DNA of 63,541 bases, counting the filler, from Octopus bimaculoides (lineage: Eukaryota): the NCBI RefSeq assembly GCF_001194135.2. It is 6 parts of 6 records of this genome, joined end to end, with 100 filler letters (N's around TTAATTAATTAA, not from the genome) between each part and the next. Parts side by side here need not be neighbours in the genome. Positions count along the whole stretch, not along the records: positions 46,587 to 55,178 come from NC_068988.1; positions 55,279 to 61,661 come from NC_069000.1; positions 61,762 to 63,541 come from NW_026314433.1; 3 more parts are not named here. One strand, given 5' to 3'. A model generated the notes under the pieces. That model was given only the letters and a program-made list of their open reading frames with translations, was not told the DNA's origin and made no database searches. A program made the position numbers and the translations under genes. Each line of letters begins with the position of its first letter. Position 1 is the stretch's first letter. This document shows positions 48,326-61,853 of the stretch, piece after piece.

Positions 48326-50803
48326 TACATCTTAATGTTTATATAAATGTATGTATTTAGATATATACGTATATACATATATACGTGTGATGTATATATA
48401 TATAAACATACATATGGCCGTGCGTGCATGTGTGTGTGAGCGTGTGTGTGCGTGTGTGTGTGTGTGTGTGTGTATGTGTGTGTGTGTGTGTGTGTGTGGG
48501 TTTGTGTGTGTGTGTGTGTGTTGCTTCACCTGATAAATTACAGAGCTCACGTTCCGCATACCGACACACGTACGAATATATATATATATATTAATATATG
48601 TGTGCGAGACGCACGTGCTTGTGTATGCGTACGTGTGTGCGTATATGTGTGTGTATATGTGTGTGAATCTGTTATACGTGTGTATACATACATGCATAAT
48701 TATGTATATGTTGGATAACGTCAATAAAATTCATAAGCATTTTGCTGGGTGAATTTACGCAGACACGCTTCCACGCATACAAACACGCACATACTGGGGC
48801 ACACACGATTAAATATGCACCTATGTACATGTGCATACATGCATACGCGCATTCGTGCGTGCGTGTTTGCGTACGTGGATGCCTGTGTGTCTGTATGTAT
48901 AGCTTTATGGGAACACGTATACGTATGTGTTTGTGCGAATGTGTGTATATACGCATTTCATTATAGGTATAGGTATATATATGTGTGTGTGTGCATACGT
49001 GTACAGGCACGTGTACATGTTTGCACCTCTGGTCATGTGCATGTGTGTACGAATGACCATGTGTGTATGGACGGGCGTGTGTCTTCGCGTGTGCGTGTAC
49101 TTGCGAATCTTTGAATAGAGGCTTCTTAAAACGAGCCAAAGTTCTCCTATACGGAAGCTAGCTGTCAGAACCGTCAGGTGTAGAATTTAATTTCCATATG
49201 GCTGGCTGAAGAAGTATCAAGTGAATCAAACATCGCAGAAGCCTCATTAGAAAGTATTCAATAAGAACAATGTTGGGTGAAACGCTTTACTTCACTCGTC
49301 AATTCTCCATAAAGCTGGAAATCCCATCATATTAAACGATATCCCACAGAAACGGCCATCATCGTAATACACACACTTTCCCAGTTTTTTTTTTTACCCT
49401 CATCGCCTTTATTAATTCGCTCTTGTTGTTGTTGCTGTTGGTGTTCTTCTTCATCACGATTTGATCGTTGTGTGGATGTGTTTGTTTATGTATATGTATT
49501 ATGTACGTATATATACATGCATATATATATATATATATACATACATATATATATATATATTTTTATTTATATATTATACATAGAGATATACATATGTGTG
49601 TGTGCAATATTTACGCACACACACACACACACACATATATATAGAGAGAGAGAGATACATATATACATAGATATACATACATACATATCTATATACAATA
49701 TATTTATATATATATANNNNNNNNNNNNNNNNNNNNNNNNNNNNNNNNNNNNNNNNNNNNNNNNNNNNNNNNNNNNNNNNNNNNNNNNNNNNNNNNNNNN
49801 NNNNNNNNNNNNNNNNNNNNNNNNNNNNNNNNNNNNNNNNNNNNNNNNNNNNNNNNNNNNNNNNNNNNNNNNNNNNNNNNNNNNNNNNNNNNNNNNNNNN
49901 NNNNNNNNNNNNNNNNNNNNNNNNNNNNNNNNNNNNNNNNNNNNNNNNNNNNNNNNNNNNNNNNNNNNNNNNNNNNNNNNNNNNNNNNNNNNNNNNNNNN
50001 NNNNNNNNNNNNNNNNNNNNNNNNNNNNNNNNNNNNNNNNNNNNNNNNNNNNNNNNNNNNNNNNNNNNNNNNNNNNNNNNNNNNNNNNNNNNNNNNNNNN
50101 NNNNNNNNNNNNNNNNNNNNNNNNNNNNNNNNNNNNNNNNNNNNNNNNNNNNNNNNNNNNNNNNNNNNNNNNNNNNNNNNNNNNNNNNNNNNNNNNNNNN
50201 NNNNNNNNNNNNNNNNNNNNNNNNATATATATATATATATATACGTACATATACACACACTGACATACACAAACATATACGTTATATTATATCTCTCTGT
50301 CTTAGCTCTTTTTATTCATTCTTTTCTATCTTTGCTATCATTTCTGTTTCTCTTTTTGACCGCTTCCCTCTCTGTTTTTCTCTCTTTCTCTCTCTCTCCT
50401 TCTCCTTCTCCTTCTTTTTCTCTTTCAGTATCCCAAAATCCACTCGTCGTTTTCTCTTCTCTCCCTTTCTCTCCTTTCAAACACACACACACATACATAC
50501 ACGGAGAAACAAACATCTTCCTTGAGGATGGGATGTCTTTATTATTCTCACGATCAGATGGATGTTAAATCTCTGAAAAACGAGCAGCTTCGGAGATAAT
50601 TACTTTATTATAGTATCTGCTGGATTTATGCGACCAAAATAACGATGGCTACCATCACAGAATTTCTATAAAGTGTTAGAGAGACGTACACGACTAAATT
50701 ATGAGACTTCTTACGTGAATTGATCGAGGCGTTCGCTGCATTGATACGGTCCCAGTTATTGGTAAATTTCTTCTATTGTTATGCAGCTTACCGTAACAGT
50801 GAT

Positions 50804-51330
50804 ATATTCTTTTCTACTCTAGAAACAAGGCCAGAAATTTTGGGGGAGAGGTTCAGTCGATTAAATCGACCTCAGTACGCAACTGGTACTTAATTTATCG
50901 ACCCCGAAAGGATGAAAGGCAAAGTCGACGTCCACGGAATTTGAACTCAGAACGTAAAGACAGACGAAATACCGCTTAGCATTTCGCCCGGCATGCTAAC
51001 GTTTCTTATTTTTTCACTGTCCACAACGGGCTATACACAGAAGAGACAAACAAGGACAGACAAACGTGTTAAGTCGATTATAGCGACCCCAGTGCGTAAC
51101 TGGTACTTATTTAATCGACCCTGAAAGGACGAAAGGCAAAGTCGACCTCGGCGGAATTTGAACTCAGAACGTAGCGGTAGACGAAATACCGCTTAGCATT
51201 TCGCCCGGCATGCTAACGTTTCTGCCAGCTCACCGTCTTAAAATATTCTTTTCCACTCTAGGCACAAGACCCGAAATTTTGGGGAAGGGGCCAGTCGATT
51301 AAATTGATCCCTGTACGCAACTGGTACTTA
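50804..51330 (-). mobile_element. SINE family B trimer: B1 tail fragment, then B2, then B1
   Basis: Minus strand: B1 tail (51241-51330), complete B2 (51005-51240), then B1 starting at AAACGTTAGC (50804-51004). Confidence 0.9.
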
Positions 51331-51555
51331 AGGCGATGCTCCAGTATGGCCGCAGTCAGATGGCTGAAACAAGTAAAAGAGTATACACACATATATACAC
51401 ACATACGACGGGCTTCTTTCAGTTTCCGTCAACAAAATCTATTCACAATACTTTGGTCGGCTGGAGACGCCGGCCCAAAGTACCATGCAGTGGGAATGAA
51501 CCCGGAACTATGTAGTTGGAAAGCAAACATGTTACCACACAATCACACCTGCGCC
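51330..51555. mobile_element. SINE A tail (+, 51330-51384) joined through short TA/CA repeat to a SINE A 5' half (-)
   Basis: GCTCCAGTATGGCCGCAGTCAGATGGCTGAAACAAGTAAAAGAGTA, then TACGACGGGCTTCTTTCAGTTTCCGTC. Confidence 0.85.
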
Positions 51556-51977
51556 TATGACAACTAACAAGAATCTCACTGATAACTGAGTTGTTGATGA
51601 ATGTTGTCATTCACTTAATTAACTCCTTGACTGCGTAATTAAATTTTATGGTCATTCTGGTAATGATGTCAATTATACATCAAAAATACAGTATTGATAA
51701 TTTCTGCTTCAGCAATATTTTTTTTTTCCGTATCTCTTGTAGAAGGTTTTTCTATTCACCTGCAAACGTATTTGAGTCATACTTTGTTAAGAGGTGTTTG
51801 CTGAAATATGTGGGAAAAAAAAATAAGATGAGAAAATCTGAAAAAATATCTTTTGTAAACATGTCACTTGGGTATATCCGATTATCGCGGAATAAAACTT
51901 TTTCAAAATCATTGGGGTAAAACCGTTTTCAGTAGTTAACGGTAATAAAATTTTCAGCGGATTCAGTGTTAAAATTT

Positions 51978-52354
51978 ATTACCTCCGCCTTCGCTCAGGC
52001 GGAGGTATTGTTTTCACTCGTGTTTGTTTTTGTTTGTTTGTTTGTCCATGAACAAGATATCTCAAGATCCGCTGGATCGATTCGAATGAAACTTCCAGGG
52101 ATGTTTGGCCTCGTGACTGGCACGAACTGATTATTTTCTGGGAGCGATCCGGTATCGGATAAGGATTCTGGATTATTTTTCCTGTTTTATAACCTAATTT
52201 TTGAGAACGGTCGGGTTCATTGTTAGTATTCTCGTTTGTGAGAGCAGTCAAGTTTATTTCAGATATTCTCATTTAAAAAACCAACTCCGGCTAAGCGTTG
52301 AGAGTACGTTGGTGTTGCCTTGGCGGAGGTTTGCACCCTCTAAATGCTCTTGTT
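51978..52354 (+). mobile_element. Non-autonomous Helentron-type element (HINE / DINE-1-like)
   Basis: 5' hairpin TACCTCCGCCT-TCGCTC-AGGCGGAGGTA (51980-52007), (TTTG)n microsatellite, 3' sub-terminal repeat GGCGGAGGT (52322-52330), degenerate stem-loop, T-rich ends. Confidence 0.8.
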
Positions 52355-52382
52355 ATCGCTATTTTCTTGTAATCACTAAAAC

Positions 52383-52785
52383 AGCGATATGGTAAAATCG
52401 TTAGTACGCTGGACAAAATGCATAGCTGCATTTCTTTGGCCTATACATTCTGAGTTCAAATTCCACTGAGGTCAGCGTTGCTTTTCATCCTCATGGGGTC
52501 GATAAAATGATTACCAGTACAACTCTAGAGTCGTAATCGATTTATATTCTACTCCCAAAATTTCAGGCCTTGTGCCTATGGGAAGAAAGGGTCATTCTTG
52601 CTGTCACTATTAAAAGAATGCGGCGAATGGACAGAATCGGGATATTCCGGCCCTTTACGTTTTGATTTCAAATTCTGCCGTATTCAACTTTGCTTTAACT
52701 GGGGTCGATGTGATCGATTAAAAAATCTTTAACATGATGCCCCATCATGGCCGCTGTCCAATGACTTAAAAAGTAAAGGATTAAA
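52383..52785 (+). mobile_element. Old SINE B dimer; the second unit ends in a family-A-like tail
   Basis: Two B-box-like segments (GAGTTCAAATTCC, GATTTCAAATTCT); final ...ATCATGGCCGCTGTCCAATGACT. Confidence 0.65.
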
Positions 52786-53054
52786 TGAGTCTCCCTAAAA
52801 CATCCGGGTAACTTACTTGCATGATGTCTCGCGGGTTTTTTTTTTTTTTTNNNNNNNNNNNNNNNNNNNNNNNNNNNNNNNNNNNNNNNNNNNNNNNNNN
52901 NNNNNNNNNNNNNNNNNNNNNNNNNNNNNNNNNNNNNNNNNNNNNNNNNNNNNNNNNNNNNNNNNNNNNNNNNNNNNNNNNNNNNNNNNNNNNNNNNNNN
53001 NNNNNNNNNNNNNNNNNNNNNNNNNNNNNNNNNNNNNNNNNNNNNNNNNNNNNN

Positions 53055-53085
<31 letters not shown>

Positions 53086-53309
53086 ATATATGTATGAATG
53101 TATATGTATATATACATACATATATATACATAGATGTATGCATGTGTGCGTGTATTAATGGTAATAGTATGACAACAAAAGAATGAATGAGACATCGATA
53201 TAATGTAAATAGAGGAATTTATCTGTAATATTAATATGTGACAATTATTCGGTTGCCATAATAAAACTCCGAGTTTCGGATGTTGGGACGGAAATCTGCT
53301 CCGGCATCT

Positions 53310-54110
53310 CGTCAAACAAAAATAGCCCGCCAGATCATCACAGATCCTCTTCCATGTTTAACAGTTGGCAGTAGGTAGTCTGGGTCAAATACTCCTTTTA
53401 GCTGCCTACACACGTAACACACGTATACTCGGCCGATGATTGGAAATAAGGTAAAAGATGACTCGTCCGAGTAAACAACATTCCTCCATTGCTCTAGGGA
53501 CCAATTCTGTAGGTCTTTACTCTATTCTAAACACTTTGCAACGTTTATTTTTGAAAGTAGTGGTTTTCTGATTGCAGACCTCCTGTGAAATCCGGCTTTG
53601 TGCAGCTCCCGGCGAACAGTTTTTTGTGGAAATTGGGTTTTCGAGGTGGTCACTGAGTTCTGCAGTAATTCTGGAAGCTGTACTTTTGTGATCATTTCTA
53701 ACAATTCGCATAAGTGACCGACGGTCCCTATCTGAAAGTTTTCGTTTTCTTCCGGAGTTTTGTTTCGACGAGGAGGTTTTTCCCTCTTTCTCAAAGGCTG
53801 TCATTGCTTTCGAGACAATACTTCTTGATACACCAAACATTTCCGCTGTTTTCGTTACGCTAGCACCTGCCATTTGGGCATCAACAATTTGACCTTTTTG
53901 AAAGTCAGATAGATCTGTCATTCTAATGATTTTTCCTGATTTATCTTTTCCTGATGATATCTGAAAAGAAACAGCAATTTTAGCAAAACATATTAAACAA
54001 CACTAACAGTAAATCACAAACATAAAAATAAAGAAGCTTTTGATGGTTTCATAGACATTTCAAAATTATGTTATAATGCTAGGTGTTTTCATTACTTTGT
54101 CCAACCCCTG
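53310..54110 (-). mobile_element. Tc1-like transposon, 5' part; transposase pseudogene starting at 53921
   Basis: TIR CAGGGGTTGGACAAAGTAATG with TA at 54111-54112. ORF MTDLSDFQKGQIV...GRKRKLSDRDRR (paired-type HTH, GRKR), frameshift to TVRRELH, then VVYSDESSF and PTVKHGRGSVMIW; truncated before the second catalytic D. Confidence 0.9.
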
Positions 54111-54129
54111 TATGTATATATATATATAT

Positions 54130-54204
<75 letters not shown>

Positions 54205-54212
54205 TGTATGTA

Positions 54213-54250
<38 letters not shown>
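54111..54250. repeat. Compound microsatellite (TA)n(GATA)n(GTAT)n(GT)n starting at the Tc1 TA site
   Basis: Read directly. Confidence 0.95.
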
Positions 54251-54255
<5 letters not shown>

Positions 54256-54315
54256 TTTCTCTTTATATTGGTATCATATTACATTTTTTTCAGAATAATC
54301 TTGCAAAGTATATAT

Positions 54316-54697
54316 AGATCGACACCAGTACGCAACTGGTACTTAATTTATTGACCCCCAAAAGGATGAAAAGCAAAGTCGACCTCCAGTAAATTTGAAC
54401 TCAGAACGTAGACAGACGAAGTACTGCTAAGCATTCGGCCCGGCGTGCTAACGTTTCTGCCAGCTCGCCGCCTTGAAATATTAAATATTCTTTTCTACTC
54501 TAGGCACAAGGCCCAACATTTTCGAAGAGGGGCCAGTCGATTAGATTGATCCCGGCACGAAACTGGTACTTAATTTATCGACCCCGAAAGGATAAGTCGA
54601 CCTCGGCGGAATTTGAACTCAGAACATAGAGAGAGACGAAATACCGGTGAGTATTTCGCCCGGCGTGCTAACGTTTCTGCCACTAGCTCGCCGCCTT
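54316..54697 (-). mobile_element. SINE family B head-to-tail dimer (B1 then B)
   Basis: Minus junction ...CTAGAGTAGAAAAGAATATTTAATATTTCAAGGCGGCGAGCTGGCAG. Confidence 0.9.
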
Positions 54698-55278
54698 CAG
54701 AGATTAACTACCAGAAGGCATCCGGGTTCAAAATAAACCTCTTGGATTAAATATATTACTCGATTGCTTCAAGAAATTCGCCACATCCGGGCAACACCAC
54801 TGAAACAATAACTTTCTTTTCTGTTCTTTTCTTTCCTTTTTTTGTTTGCTTCCTATAAAATCTCTCCCCTACTCAGCTTCTCTCGCCTACACGGCTAATA
54901 TATGTGTATATATTGTGTGTGAATCTTTATATGTATTCATATATAGATATATATATATATTTACTATGCTCAATCTCTTCTACATTACATCCCACTCACA
55001 TTATGTCTGTACTCTTACCTGTAATTTTGTTTTATTTTTCTTTCCCTTTCCTATCAAGCTGCCATTTTTGCTACTTTGATAGATTTTTTCTTTTTTGGGG
55101 GCTTGTTTCTCCTCATCCTTCTAAATTTCTCTCTCTGTCTTTTTCACTCCCCGCTTATATATATATATATATATATATNNNNNNNNNNNNNNNNNNNNNN
55201 NNNNNNNNNNNNNNNNNNNNNNTTAATTAATTAANNNNNNNNNNNNNNNNNNNNNNNNNNNNNNNNNNNNNNNNNNNN

Positions 55279-55311
<33 letters not shown>

Positions 55312-57013
55312 AATATGTATAGAAATGAAAGAATAAGTAGTCAAAAGTAAGAGGGAGTACGATTACGATTCGTCAGCTCTATAATGATCACTACACGTGT
55401 TTCGATTCAACATAGATCCACATATATACAGGCTGTAAAGTTAAATTAATGGTTTACTTGTATAATAGAACCATGTTGTATCTCTTGAGGTGATATAAAA
55501 TCGCTGGCTCCGTCAGTAATGTTTAATTTCGATGCTATCACATCCGACTGGCTTCTTTGAATCCTGATGAGTTATAAGTAGGTTCTATTATACAGGTAAA
55601 AATAATTCTGTAGATTTGAAAAGTATACACACACACACACATACACACACACACACACACACACGCGCACATATATTCATTTATTTATTTACATACATCA
55701 ACACACACATATATATTAATATAAACATATCCGTATCCATTTCCATACAATAAGCGTATATATACTTTGTATATATTATACAAAATATTCATATACGCAC
55801 ACGTATATACACACGTACACGCATATATACATATTATATATCATACATATATATATATATAATTATATATATGTATGCATGCATTTATGTATGTATGTAT
55901 GTATGTATGTATGTATGTATGTACGTATGTATGTGTGTGTTTGTGTTTGAGAGCGCTGGTGTGTTTGTGTGAGTGCGTGTGTGTATATCTTGTGTGTAAT
56001 TATAATCCCTTCTCTCTGTTCGTCTCCAAGCAAATGCGCATGTGTATCATAAGCAGCTGTATATAAATTCATGCATACATCCAGAATTACATACAAATAC
56101 ACTCGGGTCACTTAATGTAGGTAGATACGATTCACTGTAAATCACTCTGAATACACATGTCAAAATATTTCTCTTGCTTGAGTTAATAAATAAATGCTGA
56201 CTTGACGATCATAGCATTAGCGGTGATGGTGGCTGTGGAGGAGACCACGAAACTGAGTACGGGGTTGACGATGATGGTGATGACGATGACAACGATGACT
56301 ATGACGACGATGATTACGCACAGGATGACGACGATGATGACAACGACGACAATGATGATGCTGATTACGGCATCCATGTCTAATCATTTATTGACCTGTT
56401 CAGTAAGCTATCGGCCAACTCTCTCTCTCCCTCCTTCAACCCTCTCTGTTCCTCATTCTCTTCCTTTCTCTTCCTCTCGTTATATAAATATGTATACACA
56501 CACACATGTATATATATATATNNNNNNNNNNNNNNNNNNNNNNNNNNNNNNNNNNNNNNNNNNNNNNNNNNNNNNNNNNNNNNNNNNNNNNNNNNNNNNN
56601 NNNNNNNNNNNNNNNNNNNNNNNNNNNNNNNNNNNNNNNNNNNNNNNNNNNNNNNNNNNNNNNNNNNNNNNNNNNNNNNNNNNNNNNNNNNNNNNNNNNN
56701 NNNNNNNNNNNNNNNNNNNNNNNNNNNNNNNNNNNNNNNNNNNNNNNNNNNNNNNNNNNNNNNNNNNNNNNNNNNNNNNNNNNNNNNNNNNNNNNNNNNN
56801 NNNNNNNNNNNNNNNNNNNNNNNNNNNNNNNNNNNNNNNNNNNNNNNNNNNNNNNNNNNNNNNNNNNNNNNNNNNNNNNNNNNNNNNNNNNNNNNNNNNN
56901 NNNNNNNNNNNNNNNNNNNNNNNNNNNNNNNNNNNNNNNNNNNNNNNNNNNNNNNNNNNNTATATATATATACACATATATATATGTATATAACATATAT
57001 ATAAATGTGTGTG

Positions 57014-57056
<43 letters not shown>

Positions 57057-57583
57057 TTATACACCTATGCATTTTCCCCTTCTCATTGTTGAGTTTCGGG
57101 ATCATGGATGCATGCATCTTCTCTCTCCATCGATTCTTGGCTTTGGCAAATGCTGGGCAATAAGCCAGAGGAATTACAGCGTATTCTTTGACGACATCCA
57201 ACTCGCATCCTATCAGGCCCCACCCCATTCTCCTTTCTCATTGATCCTTCTCTCTAAGATATGGTGCTTGATCCTCTGGGACCCTGACAACGTGATCAAA
57301 ATACTTCAGTTTTGTCTTTTTGACAGTTTTCAACAAATATCCCTTTGTGTTCCTAATTCTTCAAGTACAGGCTCGTTTTTCTAAGGTCAGTCCAATATTC
57401 TGTGATAGTACGTTGTTCCAAATGCTTTGAGTTTGGTAGAAGCCTTTGCCCGTTGTCCATAATTAATGTTTGGTTGAACTAAATTTATATTTTGCTTTCC
57501 GCATTCTAAAAAACAAAACAAAATAAATCTTTTGACTGATTACTAAATAACTAAAGGAAGAAATAGCCAAAGATAAAATTATA

Positions 57584-57745
57584 AGTGGCGGTGTGGTAAG
57601 TAGCTTGCTTACGAACCACATGGTTCCGGGCTCAGTCCCATTGCGTGGCACCTTGGGCAAGTGTCTTCTACTATAACCTCGGGCCGACCAAAGCCTTGAG
57701 AGTAGATTTCGTAGACGGAAACTGAAAGAAGCTCGTCGTGTCGTA
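57584..57745 (+). mobile_element. SINE family A, 5' half running into a gap
   Basis: GTGTGGTAAGTAGCTTGCTTACGAACCACATGG...GGAAACTGAAAGAAGC. Confidence 0.9.
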
Positions 57746-59484
57746 TATATATATATATATATNNNNNNNNNNNNNNNNNNNNNNNNNNNNNNNNNNNNNN
57801 NNNNNNNNNNNNNNNNNNNNNNNNNNNNNNNNNNNNNNNNNNNNNNNNNNNNNNNNNNNNNNNNNNNNNNNNNNNNNNNNNNNNNNNNNNNNNNNNNNNN
57901 NNNNNNNNNNNNNNNNNNNNNNNNNNNNNNNNNNNNNNNNNNNNNNNNNNNNNNNNNNNNNNNNNNNNNNNNNNNNNNNNNNNNNNNNNNNNNNNNNNNN
58001 NNNNNNNNNNNNNNNNNNNNNNNNNNNNNNNNNNNNNNNNNNNNNNNNNNNNNNNNNNNNNNNNNNNNNNNNNNNNNNNNNNNNNNNNNNNNNNNNNNNN
58101 NNNNNNNNNNNNNNNNNNNNNNNNNNNNNNNNNNNNNNNNNNNNNNNNNNNNNNNNNNNNNNNNNNNNNNNNNNNNNNNNNNNNNNNNNNNNNNNNNNNN
58201 NNNNNNNNNNNNNNNNNNNNNNNNNNNNNNNNNNNNNNNNNNNNNNNNNNNNNNNNNNNNNNNNNNNNNNNNNNNNNNNNNNNNNNNNNNNNNNNNNNNN
58301 NNNNNNNNNNNNNNNNNNNNNNNNNNNNNNNNNNNNNNNNNNNNNNNNNNNNNNNNNNNNNNNNNNNNNNNNNNNNNNNNNNNNNNNNNNNNNNNNNNNN
58401 NNNNNNNNNNNNNNNNNNNNNNNNNNNNNNNNNNNNNNNNNNNNNNNNNNNNNNNNNNNNNNNNNNNNNNNNNNNNNNNNNNNNNNNNNNNNNNNNATAT
58501 ATATATATATATAGTTGTCATCCTCCCCACTCACAAGATGCTGGTTAACCTTTAGATATGGCAGAATACAAGTGTGCAAGGTACCTCATAGTGCGAACAG
58601 AAAGAACATTTTAACATTTTCCACAAAGATTGGAAGCGAAGTTCCTAACCACAAAGCCATCCCTGGTGTCAATGTAAAAGGTTATAAATAAGATTCCACA
58701 CAATTTCAGAATACATCAAAACTAATATGGAATTAAATTTTAAATATATTCACTTCTGACTAAAATAGCTGAATTATTTGGATTTAGTGTTGTTTAAATG
58801 TCGTATTTATTTCATAAACTTTTCAATTAATATCGTAAATTCCAAATTTCACCTGCGCCATCTTGTTTTCTTTTTATCGTTTAAATCGCGCTTCTCTCTG
58901 TATTGATAAATTTGTTTGCTTTTCTCTCACTATATGTGTGCCTCTCTTTTCCTCTTTCTCTAACCTGCCTTATCTCTCAGTATTTCCTGTACGCTAACAC
59001 TCTCGTTATTTCTATCTCTGTTTTGCATGTAACAAAATTGAAAGATAAATTTATACATTTATTTATGCATCCATGTTTGTGTAGACAAAAGCAACAATAC
59101 ATGGAAAACTGATATTCGCATATACTATAGACACTTTGTCATCATTATACTCAGAATGAAATTTAGTGCTCATCGTGGCATTAATTTAGAAATAGCTAAA
59201 AATTGACAATAAAGTTGAAGCTTTATCGCAATTTATGTCATATGCCATACGCTACTTTTAAAGACCATAATGTAATTTTGTTACCAACATAAAATGTGCA
59301 TTAATTACAACAGTATAAATGAGTCTAATGATTCAATAACATAGTTGATAACCACTATTGTAAACATATAGTTTGATGTAGAACAGTTCTGTATATCTAC
59401 TACAAAATCACTTCTTGAAAATCTCTTTGAAATGAGTTGCATTTTTGTTCTAATCAGTAATTTTGATCTTTATATAGTTTTCCG

Positions 59485-59800
59485 AATTTTACACAAGGCC
59501 CACAATTTTGTGGTGGTGGTGGTGGTATTAAATCGATTAAATTGATTTAATGTCACCGTGCTGAACTCGTACTTTTTTTATCGACGCTGAAAGTATGAAT
59601 GACAAAATCGACCGCGGCGGAAGTTTTACCTCAGAGTGTGAAGACGGGACGAAATTTCGATCAGCATGTTCTCCGTCACGGTAACGATTCTGCCGGCCCA
59701 TCGTCTCATTAATGTACATTAATATTGATTACAAATTTTGGTACAAAGCCAACAATTTCGGGGGAGAAGTTAAATCAATTACATCGACGCCAGTACTCAT
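59485..59800 (-). mobile_element. Old SINE B copy plus a second upstream tail fragment
   Basis: CACAAGGCCCACAATTTTG, AAAATCGACCGCGGCGGAAG, ACGATTCTGCCGGC; second tail GGTACAAAGCCAACAATTTCG...CATCGACGCCAGTAC. Confidence 0.65.
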
Positions 59801-61079
59801 CACGACTCGTGCATTTTACATATGCTCATAAGACAGTGCCAATTTATGCAAAGAACACATTTTCAAAGAAGATGATGAAAGATACTTTTGCCAACATAGA
59901 ATTGTGTTTCGTTTCTATTTTTGCAGAATGTTGTGGTCAGAGGTTTATGGTAGAAGGAACCTGCAGCATGTGGTGAGGCGGGTTTCGTGTCAAAGCCTAG
60001 ACCCGAAAAATTGGTTCTAGACCACAAGGTTCACTGGAAATTCTACTCTATCTTAGTTTTAGCCTTTGACCTGGAACTAATCAGAGACATACACAACGAA
60101 AATATAACAACAAACCATACAACGAAATGTTGACACAACATCGATTTTCCGGAACCTTCGGCTAGAAGGTCATTTCAATTACTGATTCTTCCGAGCAAGG
60201 TATTGCCATTTTGAAATTACACAAATGTTAAATTTACTTAAATAAAGAAATGAACTACAGGTCCTGTACATTAATATCACTTATACAAGATTATTTAAAA
60301 TCCAGCATGTAAGGTCCTGCGAAATAGAACCGCGCAGTAAAACGATCTTGTGTCCGCGTGAGAATTTCAAGGTTCTGCTGGTAAATTAATGGAGAGTATA
60401 AGAGATCCTGGATCGTCAGTGTTAGAAAAAACCGGTGTTGCACCTGTAACGCGAAGCAAGAATTTATTGGGAACAATTACAATAGAAAGATGATGTATTG
60501 TAAAAACCTCAAAAGACATTTCCATTACGGTGGTGAGTCAGGGAGAGTGTAAGGCGACATAAAGAAATAAAATGAGGGAAAAGGTGGAGTTTCCATAGAA
60601 ATACTTCGAAGATTTTTGAAAACTATTTCTAGTAATAGGATATAACTAAATATACAAGCATACATTTATAAACATTTGTATATNNNNNNNNNNNNNNNNN
60701 NNNNNNNNNNNNNNNNNNNNNNNNNNNNNNNNNNNNNNNNNNNNNNNNNNNNNNNNNNNNNNNNNNNNNNNNNNNNNNNNNNNNNNNNNNNNNNNNNNNN
60801 NNNNNNNNNNNNNNNNNNNNNNNNNNNNNNNNNNNNNNNNNNNNNNNNNNNNNNNNNNNNNNNNNNNNNNNNNNNNNNNNNNNNNNNNNNNNNNNNNNNN
60901 NNNNNNNNNNNNNNNNNNNNNNNNNNNNNNNNNNNNNNNNNNNNNNNNNATATATATATATATATATATACTACTGGAAATGGTTTTACAAAATCTTCCA
61001 TGTATTTATATATATATCTTTGTGCATGTGTATGTGCACACATCAGTGTGTGCAAAGATGCATATACACAGGTATGAAC

Positions 61080-61325
61080 GTAACTACGCGCACACATATA
61101 TATGTATATATATGTATATATGTATATATATGTATATATATGTATATATATGTATATATATGTATATATGTATATATGTATATATGTATATATGTATATA
61201 TGTATATATATGTATATTTGANNNNNNNNNNTATATATGTATATATATGTATATATATGTATATATATGTATATATGTATATATGTATATATGTATATAT
61301 GTATATATGTATATATATGTATATT
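61080..61325. repeat. (TATATG)n/(TATATATG)n microsatellite
   Basis: Read directly. Confidence 0.95.
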
Positions 61326-61623
61326 TGAATTCGTACGTATATATAAAGTGAAAATGCTAGGTTCCTCTAAACAAATTGTTTAATCTCTTACACAATTTGT
61401 ATATAAAATGAACGATATTGCCCCAGTGTAGCTCTGCTGCTTTGTGTCTTTTTTATATTGTTGTTCATTGACTTTTCTCTCCTACTTTATATATAAATAC
61501 ACATAGGTAAATAACTCGAGCAATTACACACGCGCAAAAACACACTGACACTCACACACACACAGGCACGCACGCACATATGCATGCACACGCGCACGCA
61601 TATATATATGTTTATAAGTGTGG

Positions 61624-61661
<38 letters not shown>

Positions 61662-61853
61662 NNNNNNNNNNNNNNNNNNNNNNNNNNNNNNNNNNNNNNN
61701 NNNNNTTAATTAATTAANNNNNNNNNNNNNNNNNNNNNNNNNNNNNNNNNNNNNNNNNNNNATATATATATTGCGTGTGTGTGTATGTACATATACACAC
61801 ACACACACGCACACACGCATAGAATACATATATCGATATCATACTTGGACATA

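Noticed and set aside
56200-56385. Asp-rich reading frame (DDDGDDDDNDDYDDDD)
   Set aside because: It is a degenerate (GAY)n microsatellite with no start or splice context.
60427-60532. Possible exon ending at a strong G|GTGAGT donor (KNRCCTCNAK...HFHYG)
   Set aside because: Weak acceptor, no homology recognised and no partner exon; a donor 6-mer alone is expected by chance in 63 kb.
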